Shown here: positions 20,203-27,716 of the stretch, piece by piece
Position numbering within the stretch: position 1 is the first letter of the stretch
Layout: every line of letters starts with the position of its first letter
Source: a virus
Lineage: Duplodnaviria > Heunggongvirae > Uroviricota > Caudoviricetes
Length of the DNA stretch: 36,391 bases
IMG/VR virus record: IMGVR_UViG_2778261056_000002
Strand: one strand, 5' to 3'
Notes under the pieces: generated by a model
Database searches by the model: none
What the model saw: only the letters and a program-made list of their open reading frames with translations
What the model was told of the DNA's origin: nothing
Program-made: the position numbers and the translations under genes

Positions 20203-20703
20203 TTAACTGAAATTATCCTCAAGCTCTTTAGCGAAGCCTTCGAGCACCTCAAGAAACGGGGCATACTGTGCCGGGTGACGCTCCTTGATGAACGCGCCGA
20301 GCCGCTGCACCACTTCCAGTGCCGTGGCGAGCCGGTCGGTTTCCGGCAGGATTTTTTTACTGCTGGCCACCGCCTTACTGAGACTGTCAGACAGACTCGC
20401 CAGCAGTTCGACGGACTCCTGCGGCGGGATGTCCGGGTTCTGGTTCAGCCGTTCAAGCGTCGTCTGACACTTCACCACCAGACTGATAAGCACGGTGCGG
20501 GCGACACTTTCCAGCCCGTCACCGGCGAGCGCGTGCGCGGCCCGCAGCTTGTCCCAGTCGTCGCCGTTCTTCATCGCCTGCGTTTTCCAGCGCCGCGCGG
20601 TGTCGTGCGGCACGGCGTACTTCATGGCGACGATATCCAGCGGAAGCTGGTCAAAGATGTACCCGTTACGGACTTTGTCCCTGATATCCTGTGACCACGC
20701 CAT
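20203..20703 (-). CDS. Terminase small subunit-like protein (Mu gp27 position)
   Basis: 166 aa ORF upstream of terminase large subunit. Confidence 0.5.
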   Translation of the reverse strand: MAWSQDIRDKVRNGYIFDQLPLDIVAMKYAVPHDTARRWKTQAMKNGDDWDKLRAAHALAGDGLESVARTVLISLVVKCQTTLERLNQNPDIPPQESVELLASLSDSLSKAVASSKKILPETDRLATALEVVQRLGAFIKERHPAQYAPFLEVLEGFAKELEDNFS

Positions 20704-20909
20704 TAAGTGTCCTTCTGAGCCTGTTCAATCAGGCATTTAACTTCGTCGGGATTTTCAAGAACATACACGTTTTTCCCGGTATCCAGCTCAATGATCGTGC
20801 CACCATATGCACCACACTGACGGTAAAAATGGGTGATGCGTTCAGCGACTACCATGACAGCGCTGGTGCTCCCTGAGCCTGCGCATTCTGTAAATCTGAT
20901 AATGCTCAC
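20703..20909 (-). CDS. Hypothetical protein
   Basis: 68 aa ORF between lysis and packaging genes. Confidence 0.4.
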   Translation of the reverse strand: MSIIRFTECAGSGSTSAVMVVAERITHFYRQCGAYGGTIIELDTGKNVYVLENPDEVKCLIEQAQKDT

Positions 20910-20929
20910 TGTGTCAGACCTTCAAAAAA

Positions 20930-21115
20930 TCAGTTCTGTGATGAACACTGCCGGATGCCGTCAATAATCCGGCAGACCTGCGCCGCCGCGTCAAACAGCT
21001 GGCCCGCCCTGTTAATGTCTGTGCATCCCACCGGAAGCAACATCATCAGAAACAGGGCCAGAACACAGCGCGCGGCTTTACGTGGCGTTCTGTGTGTCCA
21101 GTGCTGACGCGTCAT
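20930..21115 (-). CDS. Small lipoprotein, candidate o-spanin (Rz1-like)
   Basis: 61 aa; basic n-region, hydrophobic core and VGC lipobox-like site (ALFLMMLLPVGCT); start overlaps endolysin stop. Confidence 0.45.
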   Translation of the reverse strand: MTRQHWTHRTPRKAARCVLALFLMMLLPVGCTDINRAGQLFDAAAQVCRIIDGIRQCSSQN

Positions 21116-21657
21116 ACCGCCACGCGCTCCTTCAGCCAGCCATAAACAAACGATTCGTTAGCCTCGCGTTTCTCTGCCAGCTCCAGATAGCGGTCACCCT
21201 GCGTGCAGTTCAGGGCTGTCAGCATTACCCGTTCACCGTCCTGACCGCGATTATTCAGGAATGCGCGCAATGCACTGATGGTACGAGGTCCGATGCGTCC
21301 GTCTGCGTCCATATCCGGGTACAGCCTGCCGCGCAGGTTGAAAACGTTCAGCCAGCGTTGGAGCATTCTGGACGCCACGGATGGCCCCATATTCACACCG
21401 GTATCACACAGTTCTGCGGCAATATCAGGGGATAATGCGGCGACCTGGTCAAATCGCGGGCCATACCAGTAATCGGCTTCAAGGATGTCCAGCGCCTGTT
21501 CGCGGGTTAAATCGCGCATATCGCCACGGTATCCGTGGGCACGGGCGACTTTTTCCGTAATGCCCCATTTGGTCGGACCACCCTTATCATCCGGGTGATT
21601 GACATAACCGCCTTCTTTGCCCAGGACTTCATCAAAAATTTCATCTTTTGATTTCAT
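21112..21657 (-). CDS. Endolysin, GH108-type muramidase with C-terminal peptidoglycan-binding domain
   Basis: 181 aa; N-terminal EGGYVNHPDDKGGPTKWGIT motif characteristic of GH108 lysozymes. Confidence 0.85.
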   Translation of the reverse strand: MKSKDEIFDEVLGKEGGYVNHPDDKGGPTKWGITEKVARAHGYRGDMRDLTREQALDILEADYWYGPRFDQVAALSPDIAAELCDTGVNMGPSVASRMLQRWLNVFNLRGRLYPDMDADGRIGPRTISALRAFLNNRGQDGERVMLTALNCTQGDRYLELAEKREANESFVYGWLKERVAV

Positions 21658-21937
21658 GTGGATGCCTCAGTAACGAAAGGATTTTTGACAAATTCCCGTG
21701 CGCCCACACGATAAGCGCACAGAAAACCAGATTCAGCGCCACAACCAGCCAGCTGGAGTGCGTGTATGTACCGGACAGCCAGCGGAACGGGATGATGATG
21801 TATCCGAGCATCAGCCAGTACGCCAGCCAGGTAATCATCGGCTTATGCGCCGCACCGTGGCGGCGATACACAAACAACCCCAATACAATGGCGAGACACA
21901 GCCAGACGTTCACGATACCGGCAAGGCTACTTTCCAT
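21641..21937 (-). CDS. Holin-like membrane protein (three predicted TM segments)
   Basis: Hydrophobic 98 aa protein immediately upstream of and overlapping the endolysin; start moved to ATG with GGAGG 8 nt upstream. Confidence 0.55.
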   Translation of the reverse strand: MESSLAGIVNVWLCLAIVLGLFVYRRHGAAHKPMITWLAYWLMLGYIIIPFRWLSGTYTHSSWLVVALNLVFCALIVWAHGNLSKILSLLRHPHEIKR

Positions 21938-22319
21938 TTCCACCCCCTCCGCCGCGCAGTCTGGAAAACAGGCCGAACAGCGATGAAATTTCCTGTTGAT
22001 AAAGAAAGGTCAGTATCTTGATGGATAACGCCGAGACACCGACCGCACACAATGCATCGAGCGGCTTGTCGTTGTAGTGGGTCAGCCACTGCATCAGTGA
22101 CGCAGCCACGCCAGCCCCCAGAACGCCAACCACAAACGCGACGAGCAGGTGGATGGCCATTCGCCATACCGGGATTTCTTTCTGTTGCGTGACAACAAAA
22201 AGCGCCCCGGCAAACGCGCCCACCACAACCCCGAAATCGGTATTGGTGAGAAGGCCAAACACACTGGCACCACCGATGGTGACTGCCACAGCTCCGCCGC
22301 CTGATAAGGGTTCAGACAT
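21927..22319 (-). CDS. Membrane protein, putative holin/antiholin
   Basis: About 130 aa with TM segments and Gly-rich tail; start moved to internal ATG preceded by AGGAG (track ORF 21927..22379). Confidence 0.5.
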   Translation of the reverse strand: MSEPLSGGGAVAVTIGGASVFGLLTNTDFGVVVGAFAGALFVVTQQKEIPVWRMAIHLLVAFVVGVLGAGVAASLMQWLTHYNDKPLDALCAVGVSALSIKILTFLYQQEISSLFGLFSRLRGGGGGNGK

Positions 22320-22501
22320 GAGTTTCTCCTGTAAATCTGAGCCACTGACGGCCCGTAAATAACACCCTGTCAAAGGCACATAAGCCTTTTGCAGGGCGCT
22401 ATCCCTTAAGGTGCCTTGTGGTCTGAGTGGACAGGGTAAACGGTCTGGTGTGGTGGGTACTGCTGGGGGAGTTCAGCACCCCGCGGCGGCGGGGTGATAA
22501 A

Positions 22502-22780
22502 TCAGAAGCGGGAAAGAGAATCAGGCGTAATAAGAGGTTTATTACAAAGCGGAGCAGAGGCGTTCGCCTTTTCCATCGCTGCGCGCATCTCGTTTTCGCT
22601 GGCGATGATGTCAGCAATGGCACACTGCAACGCTTCTTCCTGAACAACCATATCCGGTTGTTCAGCCATTCGGTTTAGCTGGCTGGCCAGATTTTTCATA
22701 TAAGCGAAGCGGCGTCCGGCAGCATCCCTGGCCTGCTCTGAGTAGGCTGTATACTCGCCAAGTGCCGTATAGTTGGTCAT
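22502..22780 (-). CDS. Hypothetical protein
   Basis: Track ORF 22502..22813; an internal ATG with AAGGAG 7 nt upstream gives a 92 aa product. Confidence 0.4.
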   Translation of the reverse strand: MTNYTALGEYTAYSEQARDAAGRRFAYMKNLASQLNRMAEQPDMVVQEEALQCAIADIIASENEMRAAMEKANASAPLCNKPLITPDSLSRF

Positions 22781-22805
22781 AAGTGTCTCCTTTTTCTGAG
22801 GCCCA

Positions 22806-23273
22806 TTAATCAAAAAGCCCCACCTGGGTGGGGCTTTTCAGCGAAGTCTGTTTTTGTCGTCGGTGTATCAGCTGCCATGCGTACCGGTCTGAAATGCCGT
22901 AACGGGGACAGAGCAGTGCCAGCGCCTGCCGGTGTGAGCATCCGTCTTTTACATGCTGCTGTAAATCAGCCATAAAACGGGTGTTACGCAGGGCACGTAA
23001 CGCATGATCGCAACGGGGAATGTAAAACGGAGCACCGCCAAGAAAGCGGATCAGTTTGTTGATTTCGTCTTCGGTCAGCACGTCATGTAACAGGGCATGG
23101 ACACCGCCGGTGCGTTCGGCGTGTGCGCCGGTTTTACCGCTTAACGTCACGCCACCAAAAGAACGGATTAACCGGGTCAGGGCGGGGAAGCCAATCACGC
23201 TAATCAGTTGCTGCACGGAATCGGGCAGCAGTGCCTGCGCATCGCGAAGATCTGTTTCACTGAAGGTCTGCAT
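22806..23273 (-). CDS. Mor/C-family transcriptional activator
   Basis: 155 aa; position between early-operon terminator and lysis genes; sequence recognised as Mor/C family. Confidence 0.7.
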   Translation of the reverse strand: MQTFSETDLRDAQALLPDSVQQLISVIGFPALTRLIRSFGGVTLSGKTGAHAERTGGVHALLHDVLTEDEINKLIRFLGGAPFYIPRCDHALRALRNTRFMADLQQHVKDGCSHRQALALLCPRYGISDRYAWQLIHRRQKQTSLKSPTQVGLFD

Positions 23274-23279
23274 GATGGC

Positions 23280-23335
23280 GTCTCCGGTAGTAACTTACTG
23301 TTATTATAGCCATACATGATCGCCTGTACAGACCA
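23280..23335 (-). promoter_or_regulatory. Candidate promoter of the Mor/C-like gene (TATAAT -10 at about 23303..23308)
   Basis: Minus-strand GGCTATAATAACAG about 30 nt upstream of the ATG; no good -35, as expected for an activator-dependent promoter. Confidence 0.3.
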
Positions 23336-23362
23336 TAAAAAACCTCCGCGTTTGCGAAGGTT
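23335..23362 (-). terminator. Rho-independent terminator closing the early operon
   Basis: Minus-strand CCUUCGC-AAAC-GCGGAGG hairpin followed by UUUUUU, directly after the stop of the 23373..23711 gene. Confidence 0.6.
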
Positions 23363-23372
23363 TTTGTTCATA

Positions 23373-23711
23373 TTATTTTTTATTCTCGTTTATCAACACC
23401 AGGTATCCTCTGACATACTCCCATACTTTCTGGTTATCTGTTGGATGCACTTTTCGACAATCTATGGCTTCATTTCCATAATCGCCAATGTCAGCTTGGG
23501 CTTGTGTTAAGAGAATAACCTTCCTGAGAGCGCATCCTCTGATGGTATCCTTTGAAATATCATCCCAGCCATTCATGTATGAATAAGCCAGATTACGTTG
23601 TGCCTGATAATCGCCCTGTAATGTTTTTTTGACCAAATCTTCCTCTGAATCAGAAGCATGGGATATCCCTGTAAAACATAAAGTCAGAATAAGTAATAAC
23701 AGTTTTTTCAT
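23373..23711 (-). CDS. Secreted small protein with Sel1/TPR-like repeat; AT-rich moron
   Basis: 112 aa; signal peptide MKKLLLLILTLCFTGISHA; GDYQAQRNLAYSYMNG resembles a Sel1 repeat core; visibly AT-rich; ATG overlaps the upstream gene stop (ATGA). Confidence 0.6.
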   Translation of the reverse strand: MKKLLLLILTLCFTGISHASDSEEDLVKKTLQGDYQAQRNLAYSYMNGWDDISKDTIRGCALRKVILLTQAQADIGDYGNEAIDCRKVHPTDNQKVWEYVRGYLVLINENKK

Positions 23712-24103
23712 TTACGTCTCCTTGAATCTTTAACCAGCGCCACCATCACTCCAAAAAGCTGTTCATCCGTCAGCCATTCGATCACATGTTGCTTATACAT
23801 GTGAGATGCCAGTCCTTCTGCATACGCCCAGGAACGACCGGCATCAGCCAGCAACGCTTCAATTTTGGATAATACTGATTTTCTGCTCATTGCAACACGA
23901 GGGCGGCGACCTTTACCAGCGGGTGCCTTGCGCGGGAATCCCTGTTCGTGCATGTATTCCCGGATGATGCGCAGTTCATCGAGATTGCAGCGTGTGGTGC
24001 TGGTTTTACCGGTCAGGCGGGCCAGCGTCTGGCGATAAAGGGCATCATCCCACCCCAGATACGCCTGACCAGCTTTAATGGCCCCGATCATCTTTTTCAG
24101 CAT
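23708..24103 (-). CDS. gemA: GemA-like protein (Mu gp16 family)
   Basis: Track ORF 23708..24202; start moved to ATG at 24103 with GAGG upstream (MLKKMIGAIKAGQAYLGWDDALYRQTLARLTGKTS...). Confidence 0.65.
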   Translation of the reverse strand: MLKKMIGAIKAGQAYLGWDDALYRQTLARLTGKTSTTRCNLDELRIIREYMHEQGFPRKAPAGKGRRPRVAMSRKSVLSKIEALLADAGRSWAYAEGLASHMYKQHVIEWLTDEQLFGVMVALVKDSRRRK

Positions 24104-24362
24104 GTTTGTTATCCTCAAAACGCACGGTAAAACGTGAAACGCCAATCCCTGACAAGAACGCAGCGGCACGGTCAAGAGACAACCACGTCTTGTAATCGCC
24201 ACGGCGTTCCTGTAGAAAATAGGACACCCCGGCGCGGCGATTCACAGCGAAGAGATGATACACACCACCGAACCGCTGCACGACGAACTCATCCACGCCA
24301 CCGCTTTCAGCCTGTTGCCGAAAGGCTGCCATTCCGATTTGTTCAATCTTCATAATGACCAA
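24075..24362 (-). CDS. Hypothetical early protein
   Basis: 95 aa ORF overlapping the gemA start by 29 nt; start uncertain (MVIM or MKIEQ). Confidence 0.45.
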   Translation of the reverse strand: MVIMKIEQIGMAAFRQQAESGGVDEFVVQRFGGVYHLFAVNRRAGVSYFLQERRGDYKTWLSLDRAAAFLSGIGVSRFTVRFEDNKHAEKDDRGH

Positions 24363-24507
24363 AACACTACTTTTGGCAGACCAAAAAACATGTTTTGGCC
24401 TGCATTTGATTACTGTTTAAACAACTCGCGAAATCAGGAACGTCGAGTTTCGGTGATGGCTTTCATCGTGTTGTTGCTCCGTGATTCAGAAAATTTCATG
24501 CCGGGCC

Positions 24508-24918
24508 TCAGTATGTGAAATAGACAGTTGCCACGCCGTTATAGTGATCAAACGACACGGCGTTTACCTCATAACTGGCCGGTAGCTTCGAGCCAAGAAC
24601 GTATCCGGGCCACGTTTTCCATGGAATTTCTCTGCTCTCACTGTCGCCATATACCGTACATCCCAGTGAGCCTACAGCTTCATAAGAACGCTTACCGCAC
24701 GTTATGAACCCCAGATGTTGCTTACTGCCCTTAACAGAAATCGGGAGAGCACTGGCTGATGCGTTAGCAGCGTCCCGCTCCTGTTGGCTTGCGATATTCG
24801 CAGAGTTTGCAGCAGCTACAGCAGCCGTGGTCGCAGCGGCAGATGCCACAATAACTGCTGAAGCCTGCGTATGTTGGGTAATGGTTAGCAATGCCGCCAC
24901 AAAAATCATTTTCTTCAC
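24508..24918 (-). CDS. Secreted protein with Ala-rich linker and Cys-containing C-terminal domain
   Basis: 136 aa; signal peptide MKKMIFVAALLTITQHTQA; AGGAGG upstream of the start. Confidence 0.55.
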   Translation of the reverse strand: MKKMIFVAALLTITQHTQASAVIVASAAATTAAVAAANSANIASQQERDAANASASALPISVKGSKQHLGFITCGKRSYEAVGSLGCTVYGDSESREIPWKTWPGYVLGSKLPASYEVNAVSFDHYNGVATVYFTY

Positions 24919-24930
24919 CTGGCACCTCCT

Positions 24931-25113
24931 TTACATACCGTGATTTTTCCAGCGGTTTTGGGCTGCGCTTCTGTTTCGCCAGACACCGTAAAAACGAATA
25001 GAGGACCACTCCCTAAAACCAAGATATCTATAGCGAACAACAAGCCGATTTGAGATACGGATAAGTTGCCCCGGCTTTGCTATCAGCAGTCTTGCCTTAC
25101 GGTTTTTCATCAT
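24931..25113 (-). CDS. Small basic protein (60 aa)
   Basis: AGGAG 6 nt upstream of the ATG; stop lies just before the RBS of the next gene; Arg/Lys-rich. Confidence 0.5.
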   Translation of the reverse strand: MMKNRKARLLIAKPGQLIRISNRLVVRYRYLGFREWSSIRFYGVWRNRSAAQNRWKNHGM

Positions 25114-25283
25114 TTTGCTCTCCTGCGTTTCTTTGCTTCGCGTCGTGCAGCTGCAATACCGGTATGGCGGCGCTTTTGTGCCGGGATGATGTTGTCAGCC
25201 ATCAGGACATGTGGCTTTGCAATTAGCGCAGAAGCCCAAAAACGAGTCGGGTACGGTAACAAGCCGATACATGCCACACGCAT
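25110..25283 (-). CDS. Small basic protein (about 57 aa), absent from the ORF track
   Basis: My translation: ATG overlapping the upstream TAA (TAATG), AGGAGG 7 nt upstream, stop overlapping the next ATG; MRVACIGLLPYPTRFWASALIAKPHVLMADNIIPAQKRRHTGIAAARREAKKRRRAK. Confidence 0.4.
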   Translation of the reverse strand: MRVACIGLLPYPTRFWASALIAKPHVLMADNIIPAQKRRHTGIAAARREAKKRRRAK

Positions 25284-25912
25284 TACTCACCTCCTTTGAT
25301 GCGAATGCCAGCGGCGCGTGGCACATTAACTTCCACGATTCGTACTGTTGGTTTGTACATCTCAATCGCTGTCAGCCAGTCAGCTCCCGTCATGCGCTTT
25401 TCCGCATCGCCATTAGTCCACTGAACTGGTACACCAATAGCCTTCATCGCGATTTCTATTTCCCCGGCAATGGCGCTTTTTCCGCAACCAGTAAAACCAG
25501 AAACAACGACAAGAACTTCGCCTTTGGCTGGTTTTATTTCCCGTGCTTCCAGTTCTGCTATGCGCTTCTCTGCGGCTTCCAGCTTGGCTTCTGCATCTTT
25601 GGCTCGCATCTGCCAGTTGATAGCGATGTCGATAACGCTGTTAGCACAACTGGACTCATTCTCTTCGGCAGCTTTAGCTTCAGAAAGCTCATCAAGCAGT
25701 CCAAGAACAACAGTTGGCGTGGCGAGCGTGATAAAACGCATATTGCTCATATGCTCTTCATCGCTAACATCATCGCCAGCCTCGACCGCTGCCATGTGCT
25801 GAACATAGCCGCTATCACAGGTATTCCAGATTGCCCCTGCCTCGTGCCCCCATTCACCATGTAGCGCTTTTTCTGCCGCCTCACGCAGTGCCTGATAGTT
25901 AATTTTGCTCAC
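25283..25912 (-). CDS. Ead/Ea22-like protein with C-terminal Walker A motif
   Basis: Track ORF 25283..25930; more likely start is GTG 6 nt after AGGAGG; N-terminal ATPTVVLGLLDEL motif and coiled coil; C-terminal GFTGCGKS. Confidence 0.5.
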   Translation of the reverse strand: MSKINYQALREAAEKALHGEWGHEAGAIWNTCDSGYVQHMAAVEAGDDVSDEEHMSNMRFITLATPTVVLGLLDELSEAKAAEENESSCANSVIDIAINWQMRAKDAEAKLEAAEKRIAELEAREIKPAKGEVLVVVSGFTGCGKSAIAGEIEIAMKAIGVPVQWTNGDAEKRMTGADWLTAIEMYKPTVRIVEVNVPRAAGIRIKGGE

Positions 25913-26273
25913 GGGTTGCCTCCTGTTCATTTCCCTTGTTCAGTTTTCGTCTGCATACAGCGCAATCATCGGGGCTTTCGAAGCTGTCTGGTTCGCGTTC
26001 ACCAGAGTACATCCATCTGCAGCAGATACTGGTTACTTCATTCTCGGCAAAATAATGATATTTTTTCGACCTGGCTGGTCTGCCCCATCCAGCTGTTCTC
26101 TCGCTCACATCACGTTTTAATCCCCCCGCGCGGACCTCCTTTAGCTCCAGAAGGGCCAGCCTCAGAAGCGTCCACCACTCACTGTCTGCAACCGGCTCCA
26201 TATCAAGCGCTCTGTCAGCATCAGCAATCAGTCTGGTCAGGCTCTTATCGCTTATTCTGGTTTGCTGGCTCAC
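25899..26273 (-). CDS. Hypothetical protein with CC-x17-C-x2-C cysteine cluster
   Basis: Track ORF 25899..26312; likely start GTG after AGGAGG; CCRWMYSGEREPDSFESPDDCAVC suggests a metal-binding site. Confidence 0.45.
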   Translation of the reverse strand: MSQQTRISDKSLTRLIADADRALDMEPVADSEWWTLLRLALLELKEVRAGGLKRDVSERTAGWGRPARSKKYHYFAENEVTSICCRWMYSGEREPDSFESPDDCAVCRRKLNKGNEQEATREQN

Positions 26274-26559
26274 TGGTTGCCTCCTGTTCATTTTTTTCAT
26301 TCCGGTACACAAGAATTACGACATCTCCCCGGGTAATTACGCGTGCGGGGTCGCCCTGTTGCATATGGTCAATATCAAACGCGTCATTAAACGCATTTAG
26401 CGCCTTCGCGCGCTTGTCTTTACAACGACGTTTTTCACGCTGCTTAAAGAGCGAAGAAATCAACCATCTGAATGACATAAAAGTGATATAGCCATAACCG
26501 ATAAGCGCCAGACCTGTATTCATGGCTACATCTATCGTTATCGTTTTATCAATGACCAT
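26245..26559 (-). CDS. Single-pass membrane protein
   Basis: 104 aa; N-terminal hydrophobic helix followed by a basic stretch (KQREKRRCKDKRAK); AGGAGG 7 nt upstream. Confidence 0.5.
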   Translation of the reverse strand: MVIDKTITIDVAMNTGLALIGYGYITFMSFRWLISSLFKQREKRRCKDKRAKALNAFNDAFDIDHMQQGDPARVITRGDVVILVYRNEKNEQEATSEPANQNKR

Positions 26560-26779
26560 TGCCAGCCTCCTGTTTTGCCACTTTAAACGCCCGTAACATC
26601 GGGACCGTTTTACCGCTGATGACAGTGTTCATAACAATACCGATTCCACTGTGATGTAACGCTCCCGGTGCAACAAACAGCGCAGCATCTACAACTCTGA
26701 AGTAACGGTGGAACTCCCAGAACCAGCAAGAAATAGTGATAGTTGCGGTGACCCCATGGTCATAAAATTCAATTTTCAT
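26549..26779 (-). CDS. Hypothetical protein
   Basis: 76 aa ORF with overlapping start/stop coupling to both neighbours. Confidence 0.4.
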   Translation of the reverse strand: MKIEFYDHGVTATITISCWFWEFHRYFRVVDAALFVAPGALHHSGIGIVMNTVISGKTVPMLRAFKVAKQEAGNGH

Positions 26780-27003
26780 TTGCAGTTAAACCTTCTCTTA
26801 TGACGTTCTACGGCAGCCTTCATATTGTTGTGCACGGTTCTTTTAATAATCCGACGTCCCACACTGTCATAGAACCGCCACCGGGAAGCCCCCGGATATC
26901 CGGGGAACTCAACCACCGCGCTACCGTCATTCATCCTGTATTCGTGGCGTTCTCCGGGCGGCTGGTATATTGCTTCGGTAACACTGAGAAGTTTAAAAGC
27001 CAT
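26776..27003 (-). CDS. Hypothetical protein
   Basis: 75 aa ORF, basic C-terminus, coupled. Confidence 0.4.
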   Translation of the reverse strand: MAFKLLSVTEAIYQPPGERHEYRMNDGSAVVEFPGYPGASRWRFYDSVGRRIIKRTVHNNMKAAVERHKRRFNCK

Positions 27004-27005
27004 CG

Positions 27006-27716
27006 TTACACCCTCCCCAGTGCCAGCGGTCTGTTGCTCTGACCATTAACCCCCTGATGCAGTCTGGCGTTTTTCCCGGCGATAAAACCGGCTGTAGCGG
27101 CAAACTCTGCACCCCGACACGCTTTAGCTGTGCGCATATCCCCGTCGCGTAGCCCCTTAGTGCTGTGCAGGTTCTTTCTGTAAAGCTCAAGGCGGCTTTT
27201 TTCTTCCGGGGAGACGTCATACACCGCAATGACATCACGGGCACCAAAGACCCAGCCTTCGCAGAACTGGTCGCCACGGGCTACCCGCGTGGACGGACCA
27301 CAACGTTTGCAGTGTTTATCCTGATATTTCTTGCGCTCTGCCATCATCTGACGGGAAAGCACATCAAACGCGTAAGCCGCGATTTCCGGGCGGCTGTCAG
27401 AGCCATAAAAACGCACGTGACGTTTGAGTGAACCAGAAGCCCGGTATTCGCCGGATATGTAACACTCGACACCGAAGGCTTTACAGACCAGGTCACACAG
27501 GATGTGCATATAACGCGGCGGTGTACTGGCATCACTCGGCGCACCCGCGCTGGCAGCTTCCTGAATGTCGAACAATTCAGCGTCGTTTTCGCTGATGCCA
27601 TGCTGGCGCATATAAACCTGGGCTTTTGCAATAGCGTTAGCGGCTTCTTCCGGGCTTGATGTCCCTCTGGCAAGGCGTAACAGTTTTTTGATTTTGGCAA
27701 TGTATTTATCTTTCAT
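27006..27716 (-). CDS. Hypothetical protein with DUF2786-like N-terminal helix and Cys-rich C-terminal half
   Basis: 236 aa; N-terminal KIKKLLRLARGTSSPEEAANAIAKAQVYMRQHGI pattern. Confidence 0.5.
   Translation of the reverse strand: MKDKYIAKIKKLLRLARGTSSPEEAANAIAKAQVYMRQHGISENDAELFDIQEAASAGAPSDASTPPRYMHILCDLVCKAFGVECYISGEYRASGSLKRHVRFYGSDSRPEIAAYAFDVLSRQMMAERKKYQDKHCKRCGPSTRVARGDQFCEGWVFGARDVIAVYDVSPEEKSRLELYRKNLHSTKGLRDGDMRTAKACRGAEFAATAGFIAGKNARLHQGVNGQSNRPLALGRV

Noticed and set aside
25899-25930. Apparent shared N-terminus MNRRQPVS suggesting two paralogous proteins
   Set aside because: The shared codons are the ribosome binding site (AGGAGG) placed 6 nt before a GTG; the proteins diverge completely after the GTG.
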